The position numbers and the translations under genes were made by a program. Positions 16,406-17,596 of a stretch of 17,596 bases of DNA are shown one piece after another. Source of the stretch: Paramoeba atlantica (Eukaryota; Protista; Discosea); the NCBI GenBank assembly GCA_977017575.1, contig CDRNVI010000244.1, forward strand, positions 1 to 17,596, read 5' to 3'. Numbering within the stretch: position 1 is the first letter of the stretch; the number at the start of each line of letters is the position of its first letter. The notes beneath the pieces were generated by a model. The model was not told the origin of the DNA. It searched no databases and worked only from the letters and a program-made list of their open reading frames with translations.

Positions 16406-16430
16406 ACATGTTCGATCCACGTTTTCGGCA
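16354..16430 (+). pseudogene. tRNA-Phe(GAA) pseudogene with a disrupted 5' part
   Basis: TTGGGAGAGCG-TCAGA-CTGAAGA-TCTGA-AGGTC-ACATG-TTCGATC-CACGT-TTTCGGCA followed by a T-run; anticodon GAA at 16391-16393. 5' acceptor and D-stem are not canonical. Confidence 0.8.
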
Positions 16431-16676
16431 TTTTTTTTTCTTTTTTTTTCTTTTTTTTGAAATTGAATCAGTTTTGTGTTTTTGATATTCAAACTCAAAG
16501 AAATCTTTTTTTTCAAATCAACTCTTTGGGGGTTCACCTTCCTTTGAATCAAAAATTGTTCTTGATTCTTTGGGAAAGAATATCAAAAAAAAAAAAAAGA
16601 AAAGGAACAAAGAAAACAGCTGCACACAAGAAACAACAGAACAGACCAGAAAAAAAAAAGGAATTGAAAAAAAAAT

Positions 16677-16748
16677 CTCCCTTGCCGGGAATCAAACCCG
16701 GGGTGGCCGGGTGAAAGCCGACCGTGTTACCGACTACACCACAAGGGA
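16677..16748 (-). tRNA. tRNA-Glu: tRNA-Glu(TTC) with a C56T change in the T-loop
   Basis: TCCCTTG-TG-GTGT..ACAC-G-GTCGG-CTTTCAC-CCGGC-CACC-CCGGG-TTTGATT-CCCGG-CAAGGGA-G, 72 nt, all stems pair, followed by a T-run terminator. Confidence 0.92.
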
Positions 16749-17459
16749 ATTAGTTGAAAAAAACAAAAAAGAACTGTTGTGTTGTGGTTGGTTGTTTTTG
16801 TCCTTCTCTCTCTGCAGAGAACAACAGAATATCCTTTGATTTTTGAGCTTTTGAGAAAAAATTGAGAGATTACTTTTTTCATGATGTTGGTGGCATGCCA
16901 GAGTGAACAAGAAGAAAGCAAGAATTTTGGGGAATGGAGTCAATCCAAAGACTGGAACCTGTGAAAATTCCACTTCAGTCACTTTCCCTGTTTTGTCCAA
17001 TGATGATCTGCTCATCATCTCCACATCTCACATTACTTCCTCTTCTCTGAAAAATATCCATCTTCAAGCCACACCAACTTTATAGTTGCCCAGTGGTTGC
17101 ACTTGATACATCATAGGAGCATGCTGTTTCTGAAATTTAACCCAGACAAATTCCAAGCCTGGAAGATTAACATCTGTCTCACCTCCTTGCCAAGAAAGTT
17201 TTCACTTCACACAAGCATTTTTTGAAGCATTTTTTGGGAAGAGGAGAGACTCTGTTAAATGTGTAATATTACAAATATGTACATCATCTTTATTTGGATT
17301 GACATCAATTCACTGAAGTGGATTGTGACTCACATCATTGACAACAGGACTCCTTCTCCTCCTCCACTTCTCCAAACCATTCTACGATTTCCCAACTTCA
17401 ATTGATAACTTTCAGTTGCACCTCTTGAACTTTTGAACCCTGGAATAAAATTTACAATG
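16734..17459 (-). pseudogene. Decayed reading frame of unknown product
   Basis: The frame of track ORF 16734..17024 continues upstream with protein-like sequence (KLSWQGGETDVNLPGLEFVWVKFQKQHAPMMYQVQP), broken by TGA at 17030, 17066, 17204, 17312, 17414 and TAG at 17384. True 3' end is probably upstream of the tRNA. Confidence 0.5.
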
Positions 17460-17596
17460 GGAAGGAAAAAAGAGAGAAGAATGGTGTGAATAAGAAGGAA
17501 AGAATGGAAGTGGATGAAAAAGATAGATTGGAAATGTTACGAACCCTGTTCGGTTGTCTTCTATATTCAATTTGATGCCATCCTGTCGCTCCGCTC

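Noticed and set aside
16292-16839. Track ORFs 16292..16714, 16355..16552 and 16570..16839
   Set aside because: They overlap tRNA sequences and homopolymer tracts.

Overview
AT-rich eukaryotic (protist-like) nuclear DNA. Bases 688-11730 hold one rDNA unit (18S-ITS1-5.8S-ITS2-28S). Its 28S is split in the peptidyl-transferase domain (helix 89 loop) by a 4,209-bp insertion (6817-11025) flanked by an exact 6-bp duplication TCGAAG, with no terminal inverted repeats. The insert carries (i) an antisense 7-exon gene missed by the ORF track, about 661 aa, made of an unrecognised N-domain, a long Ser/Pro linker and a C-terminal psq/CENP-B-like HTH, with one internal TGA; (ii) about 50 copies of a near-palindromic 18-mer just upstream of that gene; (iii) a 23-nt motif also found just past the 28S 3' end. 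The rDNA copy has many CG>TG/CA changes at highly conserved positions, so it looks like a methylated, decaying copy. Downstream are a ~92-bp duplicate of the 18S-proximal ETS, two poly(A)-tailed non-LTR retroelement ends, three decayed genes interrupted mostly by TGA, and three tRNA or tRNA-like sequences. The organism cannot be assigned from sequence alone. All coordinates, counts and alignments were done by hand.
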